Sequence record: SRR31156797_179
Reading direction: 5' to 3' (one strand)
DNA length: 64,000 bases
How positions within the stretch are numbered: the first letter of the stretch is position 1; every line of letters starts with the position of its first letter. A program made the position numbers and the translations under genes. Positions 1 through 9,489 of the stretch are shown here, piece by piece. Below the pieces are notes generated by a model. The model made no database searches, was not told the origin of the DNA, and saw only the letters and a list, made by a program, of their open reading frames with translations.

Positions 1-648
1 AGAGATATTGTTAGCGGTGATTATTATTGGTTAACTCAGATCGATAATAAAACTATCGTGGTTGCTGCTGATTGTACAGGTCATGGTGTTCCGGGAGCTT
101 TTATGAGTATGCTGGGCGTAGCTTTTTTAAATGAGATTGTTGTGCGAGATGGAACTTTGACTACAAATAAAATTTTAGACCGCTTACGTGAATATGTTAT
201 CAAATCATTGAAGCAAACTGGCGCGGAAGGTGGATCTAAAGATGGAATGGATATTGCCTTAACCATTATCAACCACGATACTATGGAAGCGCAGTTCTCA
301 GGTGCTTACAACCCATTACTTCTCTTACGAAATGGAGAGATTGAGACCATTAAGGCAGATAAAATGCCAATTGGGTATCACATTAAAATTGATTCACCAT
401 TTACATCCAAAGAGGTAACCTTACAAAAAGGAGATAGGTTATATATGCATTCAGATGGCTACCCTGATCAGTTTGGAGGAGAAAAAGGTCGCAAGTTTAT
501 GTCAAAGCGATTTAAACAACTATTGGTCGAGACAGGTGAATTAAGTATGGAAGAGCAAAAAAAGGTACTTGATGAGGAAATTGAAGCCTGGATGGGAGAT
601 AAACATGAGCAAATTGACGATATATTAGTTATTGGGGTTGAAATTTAA
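1..648 (+). CDS. PP2C/SpoIIE (RsbU-like) Ser/Thr phosphatase domain protein, 5'-truncated by the window edge
   Basis: Frame 1 is open from base 1 (RDIVSGDYYW...). PP2C motifs ADCTGHGVPGA, DGMDIAL, HSDGYPDQFGG and QIDDILVIG. Confidence 0.9.
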   Translation, partial: RDIVSGDYYWLTQIDNKTIVVAADCTGHGVPGAFMSMLGVAFLNEIVVRDGTLTTNKILDRLREYVIKSLKQTGAEGGSKDGMDIALTIINHDTMEAQFSGAYNPLLLLRNGEIETIKADKMPIGYHIKIDSPFTSKEVTLQKGDRLYMHSDGYPDQFGGEKGRKFMSKRFKQLLVETGELSMEEQKKVLDEEIEAWMGDKHEQIDDILVIGVEI

Positions 649-765
649 CACCATTCCTGCTGTTAATAAAATCAAAAAAGCATTTAAAAATCATCGTACT
701 TTATCAATATGTATTAAATTGCGATGGACATTAATTTGAATAAGTAATATCAAAATCCTTATATC

Positions 766-3387
766 ATGAAGAAAATTGTCAGTTTATTAGTAATACTTTT
801 CGCAGGTTCACTTGCATTTGGACAGGTGGATGAAGAATTTGAAAAATACATGAAGCAAAAAGATGCTGAATATGAAGCTTATGCTAAAAAGCAAGATGAG
901 ATTTTTGCTAAGTATGTAAAAGAAAATGATGCCTATATCGAGAAACTTGATAAAGAATGGCAGGCATTTCTGGAGAAAAAATTTAAAGAATTTGAGTTAT
1001 ATGTAAAAGAGCAACCTTCTATTGGCCCAAAACCAAAAGAATTGCCTAAAGCAAAGGAAAACGTTGTAGCCACAAATGAGGCTGTTAAATTTGAATCAAT
1101 TAAAAAGGTCGAAGACAAACCGGTGGAGGTTGTGAAACCAATCATTCAAAAATCCGAGCCGGCAGATTTTAGCAAGTCAAGTTTAGGTCTTGGATTCTAT
1201 GGAACCAAATTGGATATTGACTATGACCGTGATTTCCTAAAAGATTTCCCGGATGACATTTCAGAGCAAGTAATAGCAGAGAAATTCGGTGAAATGTCCA
1301 AAACAAACTATAATTATTTGTTGAATCAATTACAGGAAATTCAAACGAAAATGAATTTGAATGACTGGGGATATTATCTGCTATTGAAACAAGCTAGTAA
1401 AGAAATTACAAATGATGAGGCAGGTGCCATATTTATGCAATGGTTCTTATTACTCAAATCAGGTTACAAAGCAAGAATAGCCTATAAAGGTGATGAGTTA
1501 TACCTTTTATTACCTGCAGCACACAATATTTATGAGATTCCATTCTTTACTTTTGATGGGCTAAGATATTATCTGATCAATGGAAAACAAACCAACGTGT
1601 ATACCTACGATAAAGATTTTCCTGAAGCCACAAGAATTATGGACTTAAATATAGATCGTCCATTAAATACCAAGGAATCAACCGAGAAACGAAAAGTAGA
1701 ATTTACTTATATTGGTACTCCTTATAGTTTTGAGGTAGCTTTCAATCAAAATGTTATTGATTATTACCAGGATTTCCCTTTAAGTGATGCCAATATTTAT
1801 TTTGATGCTACTGTATCGGCAAGCACAAAGCAAACCTTAAAAGAAGGATTGAAACCCATTATTGAAGGTAAATCGCAAGCTGAGGCAGCAGGAATTTTAT
1901 TACGTTTTGTACAAACAGCTTTCGATTATAAAACTGACCAGGAACAGTTTGGTAAAGAGAAGTTTTTCTTTGCTGACGAATTATTTAAGTTCCCTTATTC
2001 TGACTGTGAAGACCGTTCTGTATTATTTGCATATCTCGTGAAAGAATTAATGCAATTAGATGTTGTTGGAGTAGGTTACTCAGGTCACATGGCCACTGCT
2101 GTTTGCTTTACAGAAGAGGTAGATGGCGATTTCTTAACTTTTGAAGATAAGAAATTTACAATTTGCGATCCTACCTATATAAATGCACCAATTGGTATGA
2201 CAATGCCTCAGTATCAAGGTCAACCAGCTGAAATTTTCCAACTTCGTAATACAAGAAACAGAGCATTTGCTCAGCGTAGTCTTTGGAAAACCATTATGAA
2301 ATATGGTGGTTATAGAGGTGATAATAAAGGAGATGTAGCTACTGATAAAGATGGAAATACATATATAACAGGATATTTCAAAGGTGATTTTAAATTAGGA
2401 AGCAAAAACCAGTTTCAATCAGTTGATGGCACTAAAGATATGTTTGTAGCTAAAGTTGATAACGATTATAACATTCATTGGGTTAAGGTATTTGGAGGAA
2501 AAGGTGCAGAAGTTGGTTATGCATTAAAATTAGCTGATAATGGAGATGTAATAGTTTCAGGTTCATTTGATCAAAGCTTCAATTTCGGCTATAAATATTT
2601 GAAAGCAGATAGTATGGCTGATGTATTATTGGCAAGATTGACATCAGAGGGTGAATTAAAATGGGCGACTCAAATAGGATTAGAAAAAGTAGGATTGAAA
2701 GAAGGATTCATGTTCATGGGAGAGTATCAGTGGGATGGAGATTTTGTTGATTATAAAGTACTCAGAGAAGCTGAACATTTCCAGGATTTTGGGTTGGCTA
2801 TCAATGCTGAAGGTAATATTCTTGTTACAGGTGCACCTTATGATGTAGCCGGCTTAACTGTGAATAAAGCAAACTATAATTCAGGAGCTTCTTTCTCTGC
2901 TCCAGAAGTATTACTTGCTGAAAACAAGAAACTATTGAGTAATGATTATAATCCTGCTATTGCCGGTCTGTTTGCAGTTATTAAAATGCTAAATAGCAGC
3001 AGTATTGCTCTTCCGGGAACAGAAGCTCAGAAAACTTTAGATCAATACAATCCTGCTTTTAAAAAGCGTTCACCACATATTTATCAAAGTATTGGTCGCA
3101 TTCAATTTATTAAAAACTCTGAGGGAATTGTAACCATCAAAACTGATAATGGCGAAGAGGTGTCATTTAAAACTTTGAAAGTAAATAATAATGCGCGCTT
3201 TAAAGTATCGGCATATAACTCAGGAAATAGTCAGATTGATGTGCTTGGTGGAGTAAGTATCGGTAAGAGTATTATTTGGTACGATTTAAATGCTGTGAAG
3301 TTATTTAAAACAGGAGATATGGTGATGGATTATGATATTGACCATACAAAGATTAGAATGGGAATTGAGAAAGATATTCTTAAATAA
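766..3387 (+). CDS. Secreted protein with transglutaminase-like (Cys-His-Asp) domain and beta-propeller (SBBP-like) repeats
   Basis: Signal peptide ending AFG/Q. Motifs SDCEDRS, GHMATAV and ICDPT. Repeats such as VATDKDGNTYITGYF, DMFVAK...WVKVFGG and DVLLARL...LKWA. Confidence 0.65.
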   Translation: MKKIVSLLVILFAGSLAFGQVDEEFEKYMKQKDAEYEAYAKKQDEIFAKYVKENDAYIEKLDKEWQAFLEKKFKEFELYVKEQPSIGPKPKELPKAKENVVATNEAVKFESIKKVEDKPVEVVKPIIQKSEPADFSKSSLGLGFYGTKLDIDYDRDFLKDFPDDISEQVIAEKFGEMSKTNYNYLLNQLQEIQTKMNLNDWGYYLLLKQASKEITNDEAGAIFMQWFLLLKSGYKARIAYKGDELYLLLPAAHNIYEIPFFTFDGLRYYLINGKQTNVYTYDKDFPEATRIMDLNIDRPLNTKESTEKRKVEFTYIGTPYSFEVAFNQNVIDYYQDFPLSDANIYFDATVSASTKQTLKEGLKPIIEGKSQAEAAGILLRFVQTAFDYKTDQEQFGKEKFFFADELFKFPYSDCEDRSVLFAYLVKELMQLDVVGVGYSGHMATAVCFTEEVDGDFLTFEDKKFTICDPTYINAPIGMTMPQYQGQPAEIFQLRNTRNRAFAQRSLWKTIMKYGGYRGDNKGDVATDKDGNTYITGYFKGDFKLGSKNQFQSVDGTKDMFVAKVDNDYNIHWVKVFGGKGAEVGYALKLADNGDVIVSGSFDQSFNFGYKYLKADSMADVLLARLTSEGELKWATQIGLEKVGLKEGFMFMGEYQWDGDFVDYKVLREAEHFQDFGLAINAEGNILVTGAPYDVAGLTVNKANYNSGASFSAPEVLLAENKKLLSNDYNPAIAGLFAVIKMLNSSSIALPGTEAQKTLDQYNPAFKKRSPHIYQSIGRIQFIKNSEGIVTIKTDNGEEVSFKTLKVNNNARFKVSAYNSGNSQIDVLGGVSIGKSIIWYDLNAVKLFKTGDMVMDYDIDHTKIRMGIEKDILK

Positions 3388-3406
3388 TTTGAAATTGATA
3401 TAAAAT

Positions 3407-3439
3407 AAAAATCCCCGGTTTAGGCCGGGGATTTTTTTT
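3407..3439. terminator. Bidirectional intrinsic terminator
   Basis: AAAAATCCCCGG-TTTAGG-CCGGGGATTTTTTTT between convergent genes. Confidence 0.85.
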
Positions 3440-3453
3440 GAGAAGTTATTTGG

Positions 3454-3756
3454 TTAAAAATTATAATCGACAACCCTGCGTTCATATCTAAGATGTTTAA
3501 TCTTTTCAATAAAGGTTATATGTGCAGGGTGATTTTTATATGTGTTTAAGTCTTCTAAATTATCAAAGGTTGTTTCAAGGACAATATCTGATGATTCCTT
3601 ACTATCAATAAGATTTACCCCTGTATTAAATGATTTTATTACATCTATTTTGTGAGGCAATGTTTTAAGCTCATTAATAAAGAATTCAGCTGATTTTTGT
3701 TTGTCAAAACCATCCGCTTCGCCATATAATCGCCAAAACACGATGTGCTTAATCAT
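3454..3756 (-). CDS. Dabb family stress-responsive alpha/beta barrel protein
   Basis: MIKHIVFW start, Y..HPAH motif and RVVDY end; 100 aa. Confidence 0.85.
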   Translation of the reverse strand: MIKHIVFWRLYGEADGFDKQKSAEFFINELKTLPHKIDVIKSFNTGVNLIDSKESSDIVLETTFDNLEDLNTYKNHPAHITFIEKIKHLRYERRVVDYNF

Positions 3757-4254
3757 TTAATCCTGGTTTAATTCGTGCTTAAGAACTACCATTTTAATTG
3801 CCGCAGCTGCTGCTTCATCACCTTTGTTGCCATGTTTTCCTCCGGCACGATCAAGGGCCTGCTGTTGGTTTTCCGTTGTTAGTACGCCAAATGCAACAGG
3901 AATGTTATATTTCAAGCCAACATGATTAGTTCCATCAGTAACAGCATTGCACACAAAGTCAAAATGGCGTGTTTCTCCTTGTATAACACAACCGAGGCAT
4001 ATGATACCATCTACTTCAGTGTATTCTGCCAGATATTGGGCGCCCAGTGATAATTCATAACTACCAGGTACATATTTATATAAAATATCTTCTTCTTTAA
4101 CTCCTTGCTTTAGCAATGTCTCTTTAGCTGCATTTGCCATACTCTCAGTTACCTCCGGATTCCATTCAGAAACTAATATTCCAAACTTTAGTCCTGTTGC
4201 ATCTGGAATAGGATTGATGCCCTGATCTGATAAGTTTTTGAGTGAAGTTGCCAT
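3757..4254 (-). CDS. ribH: 6,7-dimethyl-8-ribityllumazine synthase
   Basis: Motifs VSEWN, VPGSYEL, LGCVIQGETRHFDFV, FGVLTT and RAGGKHGNKG. Confidence 0.97.
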   Translation of the reverse strand: MATSLKNLSDQGINPIPDATGLKFGILVSEWNPEVTESMANAAKETLLKQGVKEEDILYKYVPGSYELSLGAQYLAEYTEVDGIICLGCVIQGETRHFDFVCNAVTDGTNHVGLKYNIPVAFGVLTTENQQQALDRAGGKHGNKGDEAAAAAIKMVVLKHELNQD

Positions 4255-4281
4255 ATTTTATAGTTTAAGGTTTGTTTGAAT

Positions 4282-4313
4282 AAAAAAGGAGGTATTTCGT
4301 TAAACACCTCCTT
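4282..4313 (-). terminator. Intrinsic terminator-like hairpin between the TPR gene and ribH
   Basis: Minus strand reads AAGGAGGTG...TACCTCCTTTTTT. Confidence 0.6.
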
Positions 4314-4333
4314 GTTTTTTCGAGCTAATTAAA

Positions 4334-5032
4334 CTATGAATTCATCATAGTTTTTGCATAGCTTATATATTTTTCAATATTTCTGTATTCTCTGCTTTCA
4401 GGAAATTCAGATTCAATACGTTCGTATAATTTTAATGCTTTATCAAACTTCTGCTCTGACATGTAAACTTCTGCAGCTTTCATAAGGTACAATGGTGTAG
4501 TAAAATCATTAGTGAAAACAGCAGCTGCTTTTTCATAATACTCAGCACCTTTTATTTTATCTCCTATTTCAACATATGCATCGCCTAAAGCACCTTTTGC
4601 AGCAACATTAGTGAAAAGATCATCACCGCTGTATGCGTTCAAATAATTAATTGCTTCATCGTAGTTGCCTAGATTTAGATAACAAATTCCGGCATAATAC
4701 TCTGCAAGAATTCCTGATGGGGTTGATCCATAGTTGTCAATAATATCAAGGAATCCATAATTATTTCCATCACCATTTAGAGCAAGATTAAATGAATCTT
4801 TTTCAAAATATTGTTGTGCAGGGAAAATTTCTTGTTGAGCTTCAATGATTTTTGGAGCGACAATGTATTTTTTATATCCCCAGTATCCTAATACTATTAA
4901 AGCTACAATCACAGCAATTGTAGTAATTCTTTTTTGATTCTTTTCAATAAAATATTCTGTGCGACTCAACGCCTGCTCAACATTCTCAAATGTTGATTCC
5001 TGTGCCTGTTTATTTACCTTCTTTTTTGACAT
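4334..5032 (-). CDS. Membrane-anchored tetratricopeptide repeat protein
   Basis: One N-terminal TM helix followed by TPR motifs (AEYYAGICY, YLMKAAEVY). Start placed at ATG 5032 because a TAATTTTG promoter element overlaps the TTG at 5065. Usual neighbour of ribH/recF in Bacteroidota. Confidence 0.85.
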   Translation of the reverse strand: MSKKKVNKQAQESTFENVEQALSRTEYFIEKNQKRITTIAVIVALIVLGYWGYKKYIVAPKIIEAQQEIFPAQQYFEKDSFNLALNGDGNNYGFLDIIDNYGSTPSGILAEYYAGICYLNLGNYDEAINYLNAYSGDDLFTNVAAKGALGDAYVEIGDKIKGAEYYEKAAAVFTNDFTTPLYLMKAAEVYMSEQKFDKALKLYERIESEFPESREYRNIEKYISYAKTMMNS

Positions 5033-5062
5033 CTTCTTTACAGATTTTTCTTTAATTCTGCG

Positions 5063-5070
5063 CAAAATTA
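5063..5070 (-). promoter_or_regulatory. Bacteroidota sigma-A -7 element (TAATTTTG) for the TPR gene
   Basis: Exact TAnnTTTG match about 30 nt upstream of the ATG. Confidence 0.55.
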
Positions 5071-5241
5071 CACGAAATTATTTCATCAGCAAATAAATTT
5101 CAATCGCTTTATGCATAAAATCAAATTATTATTCCCTTTTTCGGCATAATTATCAGCTTTTTATTGACAATCATCAATAGAAATGTTTGTAAGTTTTGAT
5201 GAATTTTGAAGTTAACCTGAGTTATAATTATTCGCATTGAC

Positions 5242-5249
5242 TACTTTTG
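5242..5249 (+). promoter_or_regulatory. -7 element (TACTTTTG) for recF
   Basis: TAnnTTTG match 4 nt before the recF ATG. Confidence 0.5.
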
Positions 5250-5253
5250 TAAT

Positions 5254-6360
5254 ATGTTTTTGAAGAAATTAACACTTTCGAACTTTAAGAATTATGAATC
5301 AGCAATAGCTGACTTGTCTCCTGCAATAAATTGTTTTGTTGGAGATAATGGCTCAGGGAAAACTAATTTTCTTGAGGCTGTTTATTATTTGTCGCTTTGT
5401 AAAAGTTGCTTTAATATTCCTGACTTACAAAATATTAAAATAGGGGAACAATATTTTATGATTGATGGTGAGTTTAATATCAGTGAAGAGGATGAAAAAA
5501 TTATTTGTGCAGTTCAAGAAGGGCGTAAGAAGAAATTTAGCAGAAATAAAAAAGAGTATACACGCTTATCTGATCATATTGGTTTAATTCCTGCTGTTTT
5601 AAGCACACCAAGTGATACACAGCTTGTTTATGCTGCAAGCGATGAGCGCAGACGATTTTTGAATGGATTGATATCGCAGCATGATAGGGGATATTTACAA
5701 AGTTTGATTGATTACAATAAGGCTTTAGATCAAAGAAATAAACTACTAAAATCTTTTGCGCAAGGCAATACATGGGATGAATTGTCATTGGAAATCTGGG
5801 ATGAAACATTAAATAAAAATGCCCAGGTTATTTATATCGCTCGCAAGTTATTGGTAGAGAGGCTAGTGCCTGTTTTTCAAAAGTATTATTCCTATATTTC
5901 AGGTGATAAGGAGCAGGTTTCTTTGGTTTATAAGTCTGATTTAGATGAAGGGAATATGCTTGATCAATTAAAAGATAGCCGTCAGGCGGATCGGTTTGCA
6001 CAAAGAACAACTGTGGGTGTACATCGTGATGATTTGGTGTTTTTAATTGGAGATCGCAATATAAAAAAGACCGGTTCACAGGGGCAGCAAAAAACTTATT
6101 TAGTTGCGCTGAAGTTTGGCCAGTTTGATTTGATAAAAGAAATAATGAATAAGAAGCCATTGCTTTTGCTCGATGATGTTTTTGATAAGCTAGATTCAAG
6201 TAGGGTAGAGCGCATCATTTCACTGGTAGCAGAAGAAAATTTTGGGCAGATTTTTATTACAGATGCTAACAAAGTGAGAGTTGATAAAGTGCTGGATAAG
6301 GTTTCATATGACCATAAAATCTTTAAGGTGGAAGATGGTCAATTAAAGCTCAGTGATTAA
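5254..6360 (+). CDS. recF: DNA replication/repair protein RecF
   Basis: Walker A GDNGSGKTN, ERRRF, GVHRDDL, GSQGQQK and LLLLDDVFDKLD. Confidence 0.96.
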   Translation: MFLKKLTLSNFKNYESAIADLSPAINCFVGDNGSGKTNFLEAVYYLSLCKSCFNIPDLQNIKIGEQYFMIDGEFNISEEDEKIICAVQEGRKKKFSRNKKEYTRLSDHIGLIPAVLSTPSDTQLVYAASDERRRFLNGLISQHDRGYLQSLIDYNKALDQRNKLLKSFAQGNTWDELSLEIWDETLNKNAQVIYIARKLLVERLVPVFQKYYSYISGDKEQVSLVYKSDLDEGNMLDQLKDSRQADRFAQRTTVGVHRDDLVFLIGDRNIKKTGSQGQQKTYLVALKFGQFDLIKEIMNKKPLLLLDDVFDKLDSSRVERIISLVAEENFGQIFITDANKVRVDKVLDKVSYDHKIFKVEDGQLKLSD

Positions 6361-6370
6361 ACCATTTATT

Positions 6371-6664
6371 ATGGAAAGAAGAAAAACAGAACGATTAGGT
6401 GATATGATTGACTCCTGGCTAAAAAAGCAGGGAAAGCATTCTAATATGTTAAAAGCGCATGTGGTAAATCGTTGGGAAGACTTTGTGGGAAAGCCCGCAG
6501 CTCGCTATACAGAATCAGTGCGGTTTGTGGGGAATGAATTACATGTAAAATTAAAATCAGCAGTTGCCAAAAGAGAATTGGAATTAATAAAAACGCCTCT
6601 CATTGAAAATATCAACAGAGAGGCGAATTGTGAGATTGTGACCAATATTATTTTTACTGCATAG
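6371..6664 (+). CDS. DUF721 / DciA-like protein
   Basis: Follows recF; W..VG...ARYT and LHVKLKSAVAKREL pattern. Start is ATG 6371 or GTG 6353. Confidence 0.8.
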   Translation: MERRKTERLGDMIDSWLKKQGKHSNMLKAHVVNRWEDFVGKPAARYTESVRFVGNELHVKLKSAVAKRELELIKTPLIENINREANCEIVTNIIFTA

Positions 6665-7112
6665 ATCCTTGTAAGCATCCACCTTTTTCTGAGAAAAATT
6701 TCTCATAACCCGAGAAGAAATAATCACCTTCTTTTTTTGCATTCTCGTCACTATCTGATCCGTGCACAGCATTAGCCTGAATAGACTGAGCAAACATTTG
6801 TCTGATAGTTCCTGGTTCGGCTTTTTTAGGATCAGTGCTTCCAATTAATTTGCGGAAATCTTCAACTGCGTTATCTTTCTCAAGTAACGCAACTACAATA
6901 GGTCCTGAAACCATGAATTCTACCAATTCATTAAAAAATGGTTTGTCTTCATGAATACAATAAAAATTGCGTGCTTCATTTCTGCTAAGTTGTACCATTT
7001 TCATTCCTGCAATGTGAAATCCGGCTTCAGCAATTTTTCCTAAGATTGGACCAATATGTTCATTTTGAACAGCTCCGGGCTTAATGATTGTGAAAGTAAT
7101 TCTTCCTGCCAT
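6654..7112 (-). CDS. ndk: Nucleoside-diphosphate kinase
   Basis: TFTIIKP, H.DKPFF, GTIR and NAVHGSDS. Confidence 0.97.
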   Translation of the reverse strand: MAGRITFTIIKPGAVQNEHIGPILGKIAEAGFHIAGMKMVQLSRNEARNFYCIHEDKPFFNELVEFMVSGPIVVALLEKDNAVEDFRKLIGSTDPKKAEPGTIRQMFAQSIQANAVHGSDSDENAKKEGDYFFSGYEKFFSEKGGCLQGSMQ

Positions 7113-7195
7113 GATGTTTATTTTAATGTTACAAGTTACAATACACTTTTAAATCTGTTTTGTTCACCTAATTTAATAAAAAGTGAAAGAATCAG

Positions 7196-7771
7196 TTATA
7201 TGAATTTTTCTATTTCAGACAATAGTTTGTTTGAATCTATAACCTGGGCAAATTCATTGTTTAAACTTGCCAGAGATGTTTGATGTATAAGTTCGGCATT
7301 AAATAACTGACCATCTATTCCAATTCTGTCAAATGTGGCACTGGCATCAGAGATTACGATGGTTTGGTAACCCATATTTCCGGCCATTCTTGCGGTAGTC
7401 GATACGCAATGGTTAGTTGTTAACCCAATAATTACAACTGTTTTTATATTTTGGCTCTTGAGTAATTCATCAAGATTAGTTCCAATAAAGGCGCTGTTGA
7501 CATTTTTAGTAATTACCACTTCACTTTCAAGTGGCTTTACTTCATCTTTGAATGCAAACCCGGGTTTATTTGCATGTAATTCTGAGTTTGGATCCTGACT
7601 GCTGTGTCTTACGTGAAAAATAGGTAGATTATTGTCTCTCCAATGGCCAAGTATTTTTTGGCAAATCTTTTCAGCATTAGGGTTATTGCGGTTTCCTCCC
7701 CAATGTTCCAGTATGTCAAAACCTTTCTGAATATCCATTAAAATAAGGGCTGGGCTATGATGAAATTCCAT
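7196..7771 (-). CDS. Isochorismatase-family cysteine hydrolase
   Basis: MDIQKGF, KNVNSAFIGT and GLTTNHCVSTTAR. Confidence 0.9.
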   Translation of the reverse strand: MEFHHSPALILMDIQKGFDILEHWGGNRNNPNAEKICQKILGHWRDNNLPIFHVRHSSQDPNSELHANKPGFAFKDEVKPLESEVVITKNVNSAFIGTNLDELLKSQNIKTVVIIGLTTNHCVSTTARMAGNMGYQTIVISDASATFDRIGIDGQLFNAELIHQTSLASLNNEFAQVIDSNKLLSEIEKFI

Positions 7772-7835
7772 AAGTGTAATTGTTTTAATTCATTGCAAAA
7801 TAAGCAAGATATCCCTAATTTTCATATAATAGTTT

Positions 7836-7843
7836 TATCTTTG
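7836..7843 (+). promoter_or_regulatory. -7 element (TATCTTTG) upstream of nrnA
   Basis: TAnnTTTG match in the divergent intergenic region. Confidence 0.5.
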
Positions 7844-7905
7844 ATGTTTGCCTGAATATAAGGGTGGCAAATTGATTAATTCCTTGAAAGTTAATTTTTT
7901 TTGAT

Positions 7906-8916
7906 TTGGAAATATTTGATAAAGATATAGTAAATTCATTTAAGCAATACTTGACAGATTCTCGTAGAGTAGCAATTTTTACACATATGAATCCGGATGG
8001 TGATGCAATTGGTAGTGCATTGGCTTTAGATATGGCCGTTAAGGCTTTGAATACTGAGTCAAGAGTGTTTATTGCTAATGAATTACCGGAGTCGTTACAA
8101 TGGATGGCAGGAGCTGATAATATTCATACCAATGCTAAGGTATCAGACGTTAAAGCCTATGTTGATGATGCGGATTTGATTGTTTGTCTGGATTTTAATG
8201 AACCTGGCAGGGTTGATCAACTGAGTGTAATACTCGATAAAGCAACTATTCCTATAATTGTGATTGATCACCATCCTCAGGTTGCCAGTTATAAAGGATT
8301 GTTAATTGCTGATACCTCATATAGCAGCACTGCTGAGTTACTTTACTGGTTATTGAAAGAAAGTGACCTGGTAGTAAATTCCTCAGCATTTGCAGAAAGT
8401 ATTTATATTGGCATTGTAACTGATACAGGTTCATTTGCATATAATTCATCTAAACCTTCTACTTTTAAAGCTGTGGCTGATCTGCTTGAAATAGGATTTG
8501 ATAAGGATAAGGTGACAGATTTGGTTTTTCAGCAATTTGAGGCTTCCAGGATTCGATTGCTGGGGCATTTACTGGTTAACCGACTTGAAGTAATTGAAGG
8601 GTATGGAGCTGCTTATACTTATCTTACAAAAGAAGATTTAAATAGGTTTGATTATAAACCCGGTGATACAGAGGGTTTTGTGAATTACCCGTTGTCAATA
8701 AAAGGAGTTTACTTTACCGCTTTTTTTATTGAAAAAGATGACCATGTGAAGATTTCTTTTAGATCAAAGGGTGATTTTCCGGCCAATAAGTTTTCTAATA
8801 AATTTTACCATGGTGGAGGACATTTAAATGCAGCCGGGGGTCGGTCATATGAACCGCTATACGAAACAATGGAAGGTTTTGAAAAACTTGTTAAGCAATT
8901 TAAAAATGAATTATAA
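7906..8916 (+). CDS. nrnA: DHH/DHHA1 family oligoribonuclease / pAp phosphatase
   Basis: THMNPDGDAIGS, IDHH, GIVTDTGSF, KISFRS and GGGHLNAAGG. Confidence 0.9.
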   Translation: MEIFDKDIVNSFKQYLTDSRRVAIFTHMNPDGDAIGSALALDMAVKALNTESRVFIANELPESLQWMAGADNIHTNAKVSDVKAYVDDADLIVCLDFNEPGRVDQLSVILDKATIPIIVIDHHPQVASYKGLLIADTSYSSTAELLYWLLKESDLVVNSSAFAESIYIGIVTDTGSFAYNSSKPSTFKAVADLLEIGFDKDKVTDLVFQQFEASRIRLLGHLLVNRLEVIEGYGAAYTYLTKEDLNRFDYKPGDTEGFVNYPLSIKGVYFTAFFIEKDDHVKISFRSKGDFPANKFSNKFYHGGGHLNAAGGRSYEPLYETMEGFEKLVKQFKNEL

Positions 8917-9439
8917 ACTGATTTTCATATTTTTTGGAGTGATATTAATGGTAAGTTGCCAGTCAAACTATCACGAACAAAAACGAAAAGAGCAAATGGC
9001 TCAAAGACAATACGAAGAGAACTTGATGAAAGCTAATCGAGGTCTTATTTCCAGAGATTCTACGAAAATTTTAGGTATTGTAAGAGCACGTGGTTGGGAT
9101 ATGCAAGTGTCATCAACCGGATTATGGTATGAGATATTGGATAAAGGTACTGGTCCAGAAGCAAAAGAAGGGCAGGTTGCTGAACTAGATTATAAAGTAC
9201 GATTGTTGAGTAATAAGTTGGTTTATACATCAGATTCAACCGGGCCAATGAGGTTTAGAATCTCCAAGGGAGGTGTCGAAAGAGGACTTGAAGAGGGTGT
9301 TTTATTTTTAAATGAAGGTGATAGTGCAAGATTCATTTTGCCACCTTATATGGCACACCATTTATTGGGTGATCAGAGAAAAATTCCACCAAGGTCAATT
9401 ATTATATACGAAGTGCGTTTAAAATCTTTGTTAAATTAA
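8906..9439 (+). CDS. FKBP-type PPIase lipoprotein (in the position occupied by gldI in gliding Bacteroidota)
   Basis: ATG 8906 gives lipobox LMVSC. FKBP motifs TGLWYEI, GLEEGV and IPPRSIIIYEVRL. Overlaps the nrnA stop. Confidence 0.85.
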   Translation: MNYKLIFIFFGVILMVSCQSNYHEQKRKEQMAQRQYEENLMKANRGLISRDSTKILGIVRARGWDMQVSSTGLWYEILDKGTGPEAKEGQVAELDYKVRLLSNKLVYTSDSTGPMRFRISKGGVERGLEEGVLFLNEGDSARFILPPYMAHHLLGDQRKIPPRSIIIYEVRLKSLLN

Positions 9440-9489
9440 TTGATCGCTGATGTAAAATCGCTATTTTTGTTTGATAAAGTACTCAAAGA

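Noticed and set aside
4255-4333. FMN riboswitch upstream of ribH
   Set aside because: The spacer is only about 80 nt and lacks recognisable RFN conserved blocks.
5066-6664. Replication origin near recF
   Set aside because: No dnaA/dnaN/gyrB adjacent and no TTATCCACA-type boxes noticed.
6654-6664. 11-nt convergent overlap of ndk and the DUF721 gene
   Set aside because: Short tail-to-tail overlaps are common; no evidence of function.
8828-8905. Longer start for the first FKBP
   Set aside because: It overlaps nrnA by 89 nt; ATG 8906 gives a proper lipoprotein signal.
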